64,000 bases of DNA from Gammaproteobacteria bacterium (GCA_965222155.1 CBDCTH010000012.1:1024001-1088000); one strand, 5' to 3'; positions 41,053 through 50,967 are shown, numbered from the stretch's first letter. The notes: generated by a model from the letters alone, not told the origin. Translations and numbers: made by a program.

Positions 41053-41514
41053 ATGAATCCACAAAAGTATGAGCCCGTTATCGGCCGTTCGGTACAAATT
41101 GACGAAATCGATTGGGTGGACTTTCCGGGACCGCTGAGCCAGGGCGGCATACGCTGGAAACTGTTAAACGTGGCGCCCGAACTGGGGTCCTGGGCAGCCA
41201 TATACGATTGTCCGAAAGGTTCATCTTTTGCGAGTCACATCCACGTCGGCCCGGGAGAATATTTCCTGACCAAAGGCCACATGGAAGTCAGGGGAGGCAT
41301 GGACGAAGGCGGTATAAGTGTAAAAGCCCCCGCCTACGGCTACGAAGCCTGCCAGGCCTTTCATGGGTTGACAAACTTTCTTGAAGACAGCGAGTTTTAT
41401 ATGACATTTCTCGGACCCCTGAATTTTGTTGACGATGATGGTAATACCGTTGCCCTGGTGACCTGGCAGACCGTTCAGGAAGCCTGGGAGGCATCGCAGG
41501 CAGCAAAAAGCTGA
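41053..41514 (+). CDS. dke1: Acetylacetone-cleaving beta-diketone dioxygenase Dke1 homolog
   Basis: 153 aa; GSSFASHIH.GPGEYFLTKG.MEVRGG..EGG and FYMTFLGPLNF.DD.G match my recollection of Acinetobacter Dke1; 3-His triad (HxH...H) present. Confidence 0.85.
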   Translation: MNPQKYEPVIGRSVQIDEIDWVDFPGPLSQGGIRWKLLNVAPELGSWAAIYDCPKGSSFASHIHVGPGEYFLTKGHMEVRGGMDEGGISVKAPAYGYEACQAFHGLTNFLEDSEFYMTFLGPLNFVDDDGNTVALVTWQTVQEAWEASQAAKS

Positions 41515-41614
41515 GGCAGTATCCGTTACGTTACCCCGCCATTCCCCCGCAATGGGAAATGGCGGGGAAAGTTCTGTAAGAACCACCCTTTCGCCATTTC
41601 GACGCATTCCCCTG

Positions 41615-41800
41615 ATTCGTCATTCCGGCGAATGCACCCCCGTCGTCATTCCGGCGAATGCCGGAATCCAGTACAATAATGAGTCGCCAAGGGCGACACG
41701 CTATTAGACTGGATACCGGGACAAGCCCGGTATGACGACTGAGGACAAGCCCGGTATGACGACTGAGGACAAGCCCGGTATGACGACATTTCGTCATTCC
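41615..41800. repeat. REPIN-like element with duplicated left arm and 24-bp tandem x3 at the right arm
   Basis: CGTCATTCCGGCGAATGC twice; GGACAAGCCCGGTATGACGAC(TGA) three times from 41719. Confidence 0.85.
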
Positions 41801-41941
41801 CCCATCATATGGGCATCCGCTGGTGTCGGAGTATTCTGTAATGACGTAATTTGACTAATCTCAGTCGTTCCTGGGATAATTGCCCGTATCCTCCGCTGCT
41901 TAAGATGCGTGTTTAATTATCATCTCCCAGCAGGAACTTAA

Positions 41942-42260
41942 CCCGGATTTCTCATCAGGTCGCTAGCTGCTATCGGAAACATCAATGTGCTGTCAATAAG
42001 TTATGGTAAAATTCTCAATATCCCGTCATTACAGACTGCGCTTGGTGCGTTCATTGCGCACATCCATGTACGCAACCCTGCGGGCGGCTGTTGCCGTGCA
42101 AATCGTCAGTCCTGACGATTTGTCCCTCAACCAGACAAATCTGCCTGGAGCAGATTTGGACATCCGCAGAGGATCCGCGGACGCCCGCAGGGTGTGCGCC
42201 ATGGAAGGCGCACATCTAAAATCCGGCGCGATCATCGCATCACCTGATGAGAAATCCGGG
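41942..42260. mobile_element. MITE (319 bp) with perfect terminal inverted repeats and TTAA target duplication
   Basis: TTAA-CCCGGATTTCTCATCAGGT ... ACCTGATGAGAAATCCGGG-TTAA; no transposase inside. Confidence 0.85.
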
Positions 42261-42268
42261 TTAAAACC

Positions 42269-44731
42269 ATGAAAACTCACGCGCGAGTGGTTGTCATCGG
42301 CGGCGGCGTAGTTGGTGTAAGTACCCTGTATCACTTGGCCGGGAAAGGCTGGGGAGAGGATGTCGTGCTGGTGGAAAAAGCGGAACTGACATCCGGTTCC
42401 ACCTGGCATGCCGCCGGTCTGCTGCCCCTTTTCAACATGAGTTACAGCGTCGGCCAGATTCACAAATACTCGGTGAATCTTTACCAGGAACTGGAGGCTG
42501 AAACAGGGCAACAGGTAGGCTTCAAGCAGGTCGGCAACCTGCGCCTGGCCATGAACCGGGAGCGCATGGATGAGTATTATCAATACGCGGCGACTGCCTG
42601 CACTATCGGCGTCAATGTTGAATTCCTGACACCGGGTCAGGTGGGAGAGATCTGGCCGCTGTGTAATACGGATGGGCTGGTCGGCGCGTTGTTTCATCCG
42701 GATGACGGTTATATCCAGCCGGCTGACCTGACCCAGGCCCTGGCAAAGGGCGCCCGGTCGCGTGGTGCGGTAATCTATCGCAATACCCTGGTCGAAGGGA
42801 TTGAACGGAGCGCTACGGGTGAGTGGCGGGTCAGGACCACCAGCGGCGATATCACCTGTGAACATATTGTCTCTGCGACCGGCAACTATGCCCGCCGCAC
42901 CGGGGCTATGGTCGGTCTGGACATCCCGGTGGTGCCGGTTGAACATCAATATATCGTGACGGAATCCCACCCCGACCTGGTTGCCCGGGCCGGGCAGGGC
43001 CTGCCTGAAATGGCTGTGCTGCGTGAATCCGACGGCTCCTGGTACCTGCGCGAAGAAAACCAGGGTTTCATCCTGGGACCCTATGAAAAGGGCGCACCAT
43101 GCTGTTACATCGACGGTCCTGACGAGACCGCCGAGTATGAACTGTTCCAAGAAGATATTGACCGTCTGGAACCCCATATTGAGGCAGCCATGAACCGGGT
43201 GCCGGCCTTTGCCGAATGCGGCATCAAGCAGGTATACAACGGCGCCATCGCCTACACCCCGGACGGCAACCCCATCGTCGGTCCTGCCTGGGGCCTGAGA
43301 AACTTCTGGCTCAATGAAGGGCACAGCTTCGGCATTACCGCGGCGGGCGGCGCCGGACGGCAACTGGCGGAGTGGATTGTTGAGGGTGAACCGGGTATCG
43401 ATATGCTGGGGGTAGAGCCGCGCCGTTTCGGCGATTACGCCGACAAGGATTATGTGCTCAAAAAGAATGAAGAAGCCTATTCCCACGTGTTCATCATCCA
43501 TTACCCCGATGAGGAACGGCTGGCGGCCCGCCCGCTGAAGACCGCGCCCTGTTATGGACGCCTGATGGAAATGGGGGCCATATTCGGCCAGAAATTCGGT
43601 TGGGAGCGGGCCAACTGGTTTGCTGTGGACGGCATGCTACGGCAGGATGACTGGTCGTTTCGCAGGTCGCGCTGGTTTGAAGCCATTGGAAAAGAGGCGC
43701 TGCACGTGAACCGGAGAGTAGGGCTGCTGGACATGACACCATTTGCCAAGTGCCGGCTATCCGGGCCGGGCGCCGAGGCGTTTCTGGATTTCATGGTCGC
43801 CAACCGGCTGCCCGCAAAGACGGGACGGATCCGCCTCTGCCACTCACTTAACCGGCGCGGCGGCGTACATTCGGAATTTACCATCACCCGCGAGGCTGAA
43901 GATTCGTTCTACCTGGTATCGGCTGCCGCCTGGCAAAGACTGGACCACGATTATCTCAGCAAGTTCATGCCCGCTGACGGTTCGGTAAACTACGAGCACC
44001 TGACCGACAGCATGGGCGTATTCGTCATAGCCGGACCCCTTGCCCGCAAACTGCTGCAACGTGTATCAGTCGATGATTTTTCCAATGAGGCATTCCCGTT
44101 TCTGGCCGCCCGGCAGGTTGATATGGCAGGAATACCGATGCACGCCCTGCGGGTGAATTACGTGGGAGAACTGGGCTGGGAACTGCATCACCCCATCGAC
44201 CGGCAGAACGCGTTGTTCGATGCCCTGTTTAAAGCCGGTGAAGACCTGGGTCTGCAGCCTTTCGGCATCCGCGCCATGGATTCGCTGCGCTTGGAGAAAT
44301 CCTATCGGATGGTAGGCACGGAATTATCCATCGAATACAGCGCCTATGAATCAGGAATGGATCGTTTCGTGTATCCGGACAAGGGGGAATTCCTGGGTCG
44401 GGAAGCACTGCTGGCGGGCAGGGAACGCGGTCTCAACTACAGGCTCGCCACCCTGGAAGTCCTGGATCCTGATGATGCCGATGCACTGGGAAACAATGCC
44501 TTGACCAGGGATGGCGAACTGATTGGGCGCGCCACCGGCGGCGGTTTTGGCTTCCGGGTCGATAAATCCTTGGCGCTGGGCATGGTTAAGCCGGAATACG
44601 CCGTAACGGGCACTGAAATGGAGATCGATATACTCAACAGGAACTACCGGGCCGTCGTGATACCTGACAGCCCGTTCGACCCCGATAACGAGCGCTTGCT
44701 GGACATCAATGACGCAAATGAAGTCGATTAG
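42269..44731 (+). CDS. Dimethylglycine dehydrogenase-like GcvT-family flavoprotein
   Basis: VVIGGGVVG, LTSGSTWHAAG, YTPDG.P, GELGWELH, SLRLEKSY. Confidence 0.92.
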   Translation: MKTHARVVVIGGGVVGVSTLYHLAGKGWGEDVVLVEKAELTSGSTWHAAGLLPLFNMSYSVGQIHKYSVNLYQELEAETGQQVGFKQVGNLRLAMNRERMDEYYQYAATACTIGVNVEFLTPGQVGEIWPLCNTDGLVGALFHPDDGYIQPADLTQALAKGARSRGAVIYRNTLVEGIERSATGEWRVRTTSGDITCEHIVSATGNYARRTGAMVGLDIPVVPVEHQYIVTESHPDLVARAGQGLPEMAVLRESDGSWYLREENQGFILGPYEKGAPCCYIDGPDETAEYELFQEDIDRLEPHIEAAMNRVPAFAECGIKQVYNGAIAYTPDGNPIVGPAWGLRNFWLNEGHSFGITAAGGAGRQLAEWIVEGEPGIDMLGVEPRRFGDYADKDYVLKKNEEAYSHVFIIHYPDEERLAARPLKTAPCYGRLMEMGAIFGQKFGWERANWFAVDGMLRQDDWSFRRSRWFEAIGKEALHVNRRVGLLDMTPFAKCRLSGPGAEAFLDFMVANRLPAKTGRIRLCHSLNRRGGVHSEFTITREAEDSFYLVSAAAWQRLDHDYLSKFMPADGSVNYEHLTDSMGVFVIAGPLARKLLQRVSVDDFSNEAFPFLAARQVDMAGIPMHALRVNYVGELGWELHHPIDRQNALFDALFKAGEDLGLQPFGIRAMDSLRLEKSYRMVGTELSIEYSAYESGMDRFVYPDKGEFLGREALLAGRERGLNYRLATLEVLDPDDADALGNNALTRDGELIGRATGGGFGFRVDKSLALGMVKPEYAVTGTEMEIDILNRNYRAVVIPDSPFDPDNERLLDINDANEVD

Positions 44732-44743
44732 GTTTCTCACGCA

Positions 44744-46000
44744 ATGAGCAGGCAGAAATATTCCATCTTCTCCCTGTTACGCAATGCCGTCTCTTATAAT
44801 GAAAACTGGCAACAGGCCTGGCGCAGCCCTGCGCCACGGAAGAAGTACGATGTGCTCATCATCGGCGCTGGCGGCCACGGCCTGGCAACCGCCTACTACC
44901 TGGCAAAAGAACACGGGATGCGCAACGTTGCCGTGCTGGAGAAAGGCTGGATCGGCGGCGGCAATACGGGACGCAATACCACCATCGTGCGCTCCAACTA
45001 CCTGTGGACGGAAGCCGCGTTGCTCTATGAGAAGTCGTTGAAGCTGTGGGAGGGGTTGAGCCAGGACCTGAATTACAATGTCATGTTCAGCCAGCGCGGT
45101 GTCTATAACCTGGGACACAGCCTGCAGGACTTGCGTGATATCGAACGCCGGGTCAGCGCCAATCGGCTGGACGGCATCGATGCCGAGGTGGTCACGCCGG
45201 CGCAGATCAAGGCCGCCATCCCCTTGATCAATATCTCTCCCGGGGTGCGTTATCCAATCCTGGGGGCCTCGCTGCAACGCCGGGGCGGGGTCGCCCGCCA
45301 TGACGCGGTGGCCTGGGGTTTTGCGCGCGCCGCCGATGCCCTGGGTGTTGATATCATTCAACAATGCGAAGTGACCGGACTGAACCGGGACGGAGGCAGG
45401 GTAGCCGGCGTTGAGACCAGCCGCGGCCGCATAGAGGCAGACCGAATCGGCGTCGTAGTCGCCGGCCATGCCAGTGTGCTGGCGGCGATGGCAGGGTTGC
45501 GCCTGCCGCTGGAGAGCCACCCGTTGCAGGCTTATGTGTCGGAACCCCTGAAGCCGGTCCTGGATAGCGTCGTCATGTCCAACGCGGTGCATGGTTATAT
45601 CAGTCAGTCGGACAAGGGCGAACTGGTCGTCGGCGCCGGTATCGACGCTTATACCGGCTACGGCCAGCGCGGCAGTTTCCGGACTATCGAACATGCCATG
45701 CAGGCGATCATCGAACTGTTCCCCGCCTTCAGCCGGGTGCGAATGTTGCGTCAATGGGGCGGTATCGTCGACGTGTCGCCGGACGCTTGCCCAATCATAG
45801 GCAAGACCCCCGTGCAGGGCCTGTATTTCAACTGTGGCTGGGGCACCGGTGGGTTCAAGGCCACCCCCGGTTCGGGCTGGGCCTTTGCCCATACAATCGC
45901 CCGGGACCGGCCCCATGAGTTGAATGGCCCGTTCGGCCTTGAACGCTTCACCACGGGAGCACTCATAGACGAACACGGCGCTGCTGCCGTAGCGCACTGA
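44744..46000 (+). CDS. soxB: Sarcosine oxidase beta subunit
   Basis: [58 protein letters not shown]. Confidence 0.96.
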   Translation: MSRQKYSIFSLLRNAVSYNENWQQAWRSPAPRKKYDVLIIGAGGHGLATAYYLAKEHGMRNVAVLEKGWIGGGNTGRNTTIVRSNYLWTEAALLYEKSLKLWEGLSQDLNYNVMFSQRGVYNLGHSLQDLRDIERRVSANRLDGIDAEVVTPAQIKAAIPLINISPGVRYPILGASLQRRGGVARHDAVAWGFARAADALGVDIIQQCEVTGLNRDGGRVAGVETSRGRIEADRIGVVVAGHASVLAAMAGLRLPLESHPLQAYVSEPLKPVLDSVVMSNAVHGYISQSDKGELVVGAGIDAYTGYGQRGSFRTIEHAMQAIIELFPAFSRVRMLRQWGGIVDVSPDACPIIGKTPVQGLYFNCGWGTGGFKATPGSGWAFAHTIARDRPHELNGPFGLERFTTGALIDEHGAAAVAH

Positions 46001-46013
46001 ATGGGAGCCGAAC

Positions 46014-46265
46014 ATGTTGTTGATAAAATGTCCATGGTGCGGCGCACGCGACGAGAGTGAATTCAGTTACGGGGGCGAAGCCGATATCACCCGGCCGGCC
46101 GAACCGGATGCTCTGACCGATGAGGAATGGGCGGATTACCTGTTCATGCGCAGCAATACCAAGGGCCTGCACCGGGAACAATGGGTGCATGACCAGGGTT
46201 GCCGCCGCTGGTTCGTGCTGGAAAGGGATACCGTCAGCTATCAGATAACCGAGGACGGGGGATAG
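46014..46265 (+). CDS. soxD: Sarcosine oxidase delta subunit
   Basis: CPWCG.RDESEF.YGGEA...W.H..GCRRWF. Confidence 0.95.
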   Translation: MLLIKCPWCGARDESEFSYGGEADITRPAEPDALTDEEWADYLFMRSNTKGLHREQWVHDQGCRRWFVLERDTVSYQITEDGG

Positions 46266-46327
46266 AGGAAAGATGACAGAAAACAGAAGACATGGAATCT
46301 ACATCCATGCGCCAGGTAGTAATACCA

Positions 46328-46485
46328 CGTCATTACTGCGTCCCCCGGCGTCATTCCTGCGCCCCCCGGCGTCATTCCTGCGCCCCCCGGCGTCATTCCT
46401 GCGCAGGCAGGAAGCCAGTGGACAACTTATTCCTTATCATATGAAGGGTTGCTTACTGGATTCCAGCTTGCGCTGGAATGACGGC
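46328..46485. repeat. REPIN-like element with 21-bp tandem x3 at the left arm, inserted between soxD and soxA
   Basis: CGTCATTMCTGCGYCCCCCGG x3 then CGTCATTCCTGCGCAGGCAGGAA...CTGGATTCCAGCTTGCGCTGGAATGACGG. Confidence 0.85.
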
Positions 46486-46530
46486 AGAGAGTGATGCACT
46501 CATTCATTATCGAGTTCAGGAAGCGGGAGT

Positions 46531-49500
46531 ATGCAGCCCTATCGACTTGCTGAAAGCGGACGTATCGACCGCTCACGACCCCTGACGTTCAGTTTTAACG
46601 GCCGTACCTTGCAGGGCTATGCCGGCGACACCCTGGCCTCCGCGTTACTGGTTAACGGGATCCGGATTATCGGCCGCAGTTTCAAATACCATCGCCCGCG
46701 GGGCATCATGGGTATAGGCGTGGAAGAACCCAACGCCATAGTCCAGCTAGGCGCCGGGGCTGATACCATACCCGGACTGCGCGCCACTGAGGTGGAGTTA
46801 TACGACGGTCTGGCCGCAGCCACGACAAGGGGTTGGCCCTGTCTCAATTTTGATTTGCTGGCGCTCAATGATTTCTGCGCACGTTTGCTGGGGGCGGGAT
46901 TTTACTACAAGACCTTCATGGCGCCGCGTTTCCTGTGGCGCCTGTATGAGCATTATCTGCGGCGCGCCTCCGGCCTGGGTATCTCACCACAGTTGCCGGA
47001 CCCTGACAGTTATGAACACGTCAACGCCCACTGTGACGTCCTGGTGGCGGGGGGCGGGCCGGCAGGACTGATGGCGGCATTGGCGGCAGCCAAATGCGGC
47101 GCCAGAGTCATCATAGCGGATGAACAGAGCGAGTTCGGCGGCAGTCTGTTATATGACACGGCCAGGCTGAACGGCAACTCTGCTGCGGAATGGCTGCACA
47201 AGGTGTTGCAGGAGCTGGCACGATGTCCCGAAGTCGTACTCCTGTCCCGCAGTACGGTGTTCGGTTATTACGACCATAATTTCCTGACTATTCTGGAACG
47301 TTGCGGCGGTCGCCTGGGAGAACCGGGCGCAGAAGGGGTGCGCCAACGCGAATGGCGGGTTCGGGCCAGGCGCGTCATCCTTGCTCAGGGCAGCCATGAG
47401 CGACCCCTGGTATTTCCCAACAATGATCGTCCGGGGGTGATGCAGGCCGCCGCGGTATCCGGCTATATTCGTCGCTACGGGGTGTGTCCGGGCCGGCGCG
47501 GCGTGATCTTCACCAATAACGACGGGGGATACCAGGCGGCCCTGGACTTGATTCGGGCAGGGGCGAGCGTCGCTGCGATTGTTGATTGCCGTGTGGAGGG
47601 CGCAGGCGCCATTGCCGAGCCCTTGCGCCAGGCCGGTATTGATATATGCCAGGGGCAGGTCATCACCGGCGTGACGGGTACGAGGAAGGTGCGTACGGTA
47701 CAGGTTTCACCCTTGGCGGCGGATGGCAAGACCTTGACCGGGCCGGCAAAAAACCTTGACTGTGATCTGGTCGCCATGTCCGGGGGCTGGAACCCGGCGC
47801 TCCACCTGCATTCGCAGGCCGGTGGCGGGATTCTCTGGGACGCAGCCCGCTATTGTTTTGTCCCCGGTGCAACCCGGCAGAAACATGTGTCAGTAGGGGC
47901 GTGCAACGGTTCCTTTTCCCTGGACGCCTGTCTGCAGGAGGGAAACCGGGCAGGACTGGATGCCGCGCGCGAATGCGGGTTTGAGGCGTCACCGTTTTCC
48001 ACTCCGGAGGTTAATCAGGACTTGACTGGAGAAGCCCGTCCTCTGCAACCATTATGGCGGATTCCTTTACCGCGATCGCCGCATCGTTACCCGAAACAGT
48101 TTATCGATTACCAGAACGATACGACCGTGGCGGACGTGCGCCAGGCGGTGAGTGAAGGTTTCCGGAACGTGGAGCACGTCAAACGTTATACCGCGCTGGG
48201 GTTTGGCACCGACCAGGGCAAGCTGGGAAATATCAACGGCATGGCCGTGTTGGCGGAGTGTCTGGGCAAACCCATAGCAGATGTCGGCACGACCACCTTC
48301 AGGCCGCCCTACACGGCCGTAACTTTTGGCGCCTGTGCCGGCGCCGACGTTGGCGCGCTCTACGAACCGGTACGCAAGACCGCGCTGCACGACTGGCACG
48401 AAGCGGCCGGCGCTGAATTTGAGGTGGTGGGTCAATGGTTGCGTCCCTGGTATTATCCCGGGGCAGAGGAGGACATGCGTAGTGCGGTAAACCGGGAGTG
48501 TCTAGCCGCCCGCGGGTCACTGGCAATCATGGATGCCTCGACCCTAGGCAAGATAGAAGTGCAGGGGCCGGACGCGCTGACCTTCCTGGAACGTATCTAT
48601 ACCCATAATGTCGCCGCGCTGAAGGTCGGCCGCTGTGCCTATGGCGTCATGCTGGGCGAAGACGGCATGGTCATGGATGACGGGGTCATGGCGCGCCTGG
48701 GCGATCAGCATTTTTACCTGACCACCACTAGCGGCGGCGCGGCGCGGGTGCTGGGCTGGCTGGAACAGTGGTTGCAGACGGAATGGCCGGATTTAAAGGT
48801 ATACTTGACATCCGTTACGGAACGCTGGTGCGCCATTGTCCTGGTCGGCCCGGACAGCAGGAAGCTGCTGCAGGGTATGGAGAGCGATATGGAGTTCAAC
48901 CAGGCCGACTTTCCCTTCATGGCGGTGCGATCCGGATCCCTGGCGGGGTTCACCGTTCGGGTATTCCGCGTCAGCTTCAGCGGTGAACTGGCCTTCGAAA
49001 TCAACGTGGAAAGCGACTTTGCCCCGTCCCTGTGGCAAACCCTGATGGAGGCCGGTGAACAGTACGGCATCACCCCTTACGGTACCGAAACCATGCACGT
49101 GCTGCGCGCCGAGAAAGGGTTTGTCATCGTCGGCCAGGATACCGACGGTTCCGTGACTCCGCTGGACCTGGGGATGCACTGGCTGCTGTCCAAAGACAAG
49201 GACTACCTGGGCAAACGGTCCCTGGCGCGGCCCGACTGCCAACGCCTGAATCGTAAACAACTGGTCGGCCTGTTGTGTGAAGACGGGACGGAAGTATTGC
49301 CGGAAGGCGCGCAACTGGTAGAGCAGCCGGGCGGCGTCCCGCCCATCCCTAAACTGGGCCATGTCAGCTCCAGTTATTACAGTGCCTGTCTCGACCGGCC
49401 CATAGCCCTGGCGCTGGTCAGTGCCGGGCGCGCCCGCAAGAGCGATGTCATCCATGCCGCGTTGCGCGACGGACGATTTACCAGGGTCAGGGTCGTCTCT

Positions 49501-49545
49501 CCCGTATTCTACGACCCGAAAGGAGAGCGGCAACATGCCTCATAG
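46531..49545 (+). CDS. soxA: Sarcosine oxidase alpha subunit
   Basis: GDTLASAL, RSFKYHRPRG, KRYT..G.GTDQGK, TTFRPPY, SFSGELAFE. Confidence 0.96.
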   Translation: MQPYRLAESGRIDRSRPLTFSFNGRTLQGYAGDTLASALLVNGIRIIGRSFKYHRPRGIMGIGVEEPNAIVQLGAGADTIPGLRATEVELYDGLAAATTRGWPCLNFDLLALNDFCARLLGAGFYYKTFMAPRFLWRLYEHYLRRASGLGISPQLPDPDSYEHVNAHCDVLVAGGGPAGLMAALAAAKCGARVIIADEQSEFGGSLLYDTARLNGNSAAEWLHKVLQELARCPEVVLLSRSTVFGYYDHNFLTILERCGGRLGEPGAEGVRQREWRVRARRVILAQGSHERPLVFPNNDRPGVMQAAAVSGYIRRYGVCPGRRGVIFTNNDGGYQAALDLIRAGASVAAIVDCRVEGAGAIAEPLRQAGIDICQGQVITGVTGTRKVRTVQVSPLAADGKTLTGPAKNLDCDLVAMSGGWNPALHLHSQAGGGILWDAARYCFVPGATRQKHVSVGACNGSFSLDACLQEGNRAGLDAARECGFEASPFSTPEVNQDLTGEARPLQPLWRIPLPRSPHRYPKQFIDYQNDTTVADVRQAVSEGFRNVEHVKRYTALGFGTDQGKLGNINGMAVLAECLGKPIADVGTTTFRPPYTAVTFGACAGADVGALYEPVRKTALHDWHEAAGAEFEVVGQWLRPWYYPGAEEDMRSAVNRECLAARGSLAIMDASTLGKIEVQGPDALTFLERIYTHNVAALKVGRCAYGVMLGEDGMVMDDGVMARLGDQHFYLTTTSGGAARVLGWLEQWLQTEWPDLKVYLTSVTERWCAIVLVGPDSRKLLQGMESDMEFNQADFPFMAVRSGSLAGFTVRVFRVSFSGELAFEINVESDFAPSLWQTLMEAGEQYGITPYGTETMHVLRAEKGFVIVGQDTDGSVTPLDLGMHWLLSKDKDYLGKRSLARPDCQRLNRKQLVGLLCEDGTEVLPEGAQLVEQPGGVPPIPKLGHVSSSYYSACLDRPIALALVSAGRARKSDVIHAALRDGRFTRVRVVSPVFYDPKGERQHAS

Positions 49546-50125
49546 ACCGCAAAGACGGCACGCCCTGTCCTCTTTCCTCAAAGGGAAGATTGCACCCGGT
49601 CCGGATAACGCAGGCGTGACGCTGGAAGTACGACCCGATTTCGGCTACCTGAACCTGCGCGGCAACCCCGGCGATGAACAGTTTCTGCAGGCGCTGCAGG
49701 CAACGCTTGGACAGCCCCTGCCCACCAATGCCAATACGTTTACTGTCGGAGAAGACACAACTTACTGGTTAGGTCCCGATGAGTGGTTGCTGGCCACAGG
49801 ACTTGGCAAGGAAAGCGGCATAGCGGAACACCTGGGGAAAAGCCTGTCAGGTCAATGCTACTCCCTGGTCGATGTGACCGGCGGACAGGTTTTACTTCGA
49901 CTGGGCGGCAGTCATGCCCGGGAGGTACTGGCGCAAGGCTGTACCCTGGACCTGCATCCGCGCGCATTCAAAGTAGGCCAATGCGCACAGACCACCCTGA
50001 CAAAAACGTCCATGCTGATCGCCCTGATCGATGACGCACCGACCTTCGATATCATTGTCCGCCGTAGTTTTGCCGAATATGCGGCACTGTGGCTGCACCA
50101 CAGTGGCAGTGTCATTAATGGATAA
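49535..50125 (+). CDS. soxG: Sarcosine oxidase gamma subunit
   Basis: WLGPDEWL, DLHPRAF..GQCAQT, RRSFAEY. Confidence 0.94.
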   Translation: MPHRPQRRHALSSFLKGKIAPGPDNAGVTLEVRPDFGYLNLRGNPGDEQFLQALQATLGQPLPTNANTFTVGEDTTYWLGPDEWLLATGLGKESGIAEHLGKSLSGQCYSLVDVTGGQVLLRLGGSHAREVLAQGCTLDLHPRAFKVGQCAQTTLTKTSMLIALIDDAPTFDIIVRRSFAEYAALWLHHSGSVING

Positions 50126-50134
50126 TGAGGAGTC

Positions 50135-50201
50135 AGATACGAGGAAGCGCTTTTTTCAGCATGTCCCGTAGATAGGCAGCATCCCTGTCTTCAAGCTGCA
50201 T
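50135..50201 (-). pseudogene. HEPN/DUF86 toxin N-terminal stub
   Basis: MQLEDRDAAYLRDML overlapping the MNT stop, then lost. Confidence 0.55.
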
Positions 50202-50466
50202 ATAAAAGCTCCATGTCTTTCTCTATCTCACGACGACGGTAGGGATTATTCAAGATCGCCGATGTTACGATATCCACTTTACGACCGCCAAACAATGAAC
50301 TGAAAGCATTTTTGATGACCGTTAGGCCTCCCAGAGAAGGGACCATACCCTGTTCAAATTCGACCAGTAAATCGATATCGCTTGAAGGCGTTAATTCCCC
50401 ACGAGCGGCAGAGCCGAATAATATCAGTTGCTTGATATGATAATGTTTAGCTAATTCTGCCAACAC
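50191..50466 (-). CDS. Minimal nucleotidyltransferase (MNT antitoxin)
   Basis: LFGSAARG...SDIDLLVEF...RKVDIV. Confidence 0.88.
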   Translation of the reverse strand: MLAELAKHYHIKQLILFGSAARGELTPSSDIDLLVEFEQGMVPSLGGLTVIKNAFSSLFGGRKVDIVTSAILNNPYRRREIEKDMELLYAA

Positions 50467-50472
50467 GATACG

Positions 50473-50814
50473 CTAAACGGAAGCGAGCTCTCCCGGCAAT
50501 AAAATATCCTCATTGTCAGCGGCTGTGTACGACCCTTTGGAGTCAGCAAGCGCATTCTGAGATTTCCGGTTTATCTTGTGATTAACTGGCCGAATAATCA
50601 CATCGAGTCCCAGCGCTTCCAGCGCTTTCAAAATCTTGCCGATCTCTGATGTTTCCTTACCGCGCTCAAACTCCGATAAAAATCGTATGCCGGGGCCGGC
50701 CAGCTCACTTGTTGTTTTAAGGGTTAGTCCACGGGCTTTTCTGTGTCTGCGAACAAGGCTACCCAGTTCTTGCGTATTTCGAATCCGATCGTAGTAAGCA
50801 GGTTCATCTGTCAT
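50473..50814 (-). CDS. XRE/HipB-like HTH protein, in frame with MNT across one TAG
   Basis: LG..VR..RK..GLT.....LAG.G.RFLSE.ERGK. Confidence 0.85.
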   Translation of the reverse strand: MTDEPAYYDRIRNTQELGSLVRRHRKARGLTLKTTSELAGPGIRFLSEFERGKETSEIGKILKALEALGLDVIIRPVNHKINRKSQNALADSKGSYTAADNEDILLPGELASV

Positions 50815-50827
50815 AATTAAATATAAT

Positions 50828-50900
50828 ATTTATCCCGAGCAGGAATAAATATAACATAGATTGACGTTATATCAATAAAAAATAATCAGTACGGGATAAT
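50828..50900. promoter_or_regulatory. HipB-type operator-like palindromes upstream of the HTH gene
   Basis: TTTATCCCGAGCAGGAATAAA and TAATCAGTACGGGATAA. Confidence 0.4.
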
Positions 50901-50967
50901 TATAAAATAACAAGAATTCGATTGCCGCTCTCAGCGGAGTTCTCGAATAGGGCAGAACGGGAGTGAC

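Noticed and set aside
41800-41937. Glycine or other riboswitch upstream of the DMG dehydrogenase
   Set aside because: No recognisable aptamer consensus by eye; an Rfam scan would be needed
42029-43501. 490-aa minus-strand ORF
   Set aside because: Antisense shadow of the GC-rich DMG dehydrogenase gene; no recognisable motifs
44777-46015. 412-aa minus-strand ORF
   Set aside because: Antisense shadow of soxB
46273-46494. 73-aa ORF between soxD and soxA
   Set aside because: Composed of REP tandem repeats (PPASFLR)n; unlikely to be a real gene
50473-50475. Pyrrolysine or programmed readthrough at the in-frame TAG
   Set aside because: No pyl genes or supporting structure seen; other genes here use TAG as a stop; nonsense mutation is simpler
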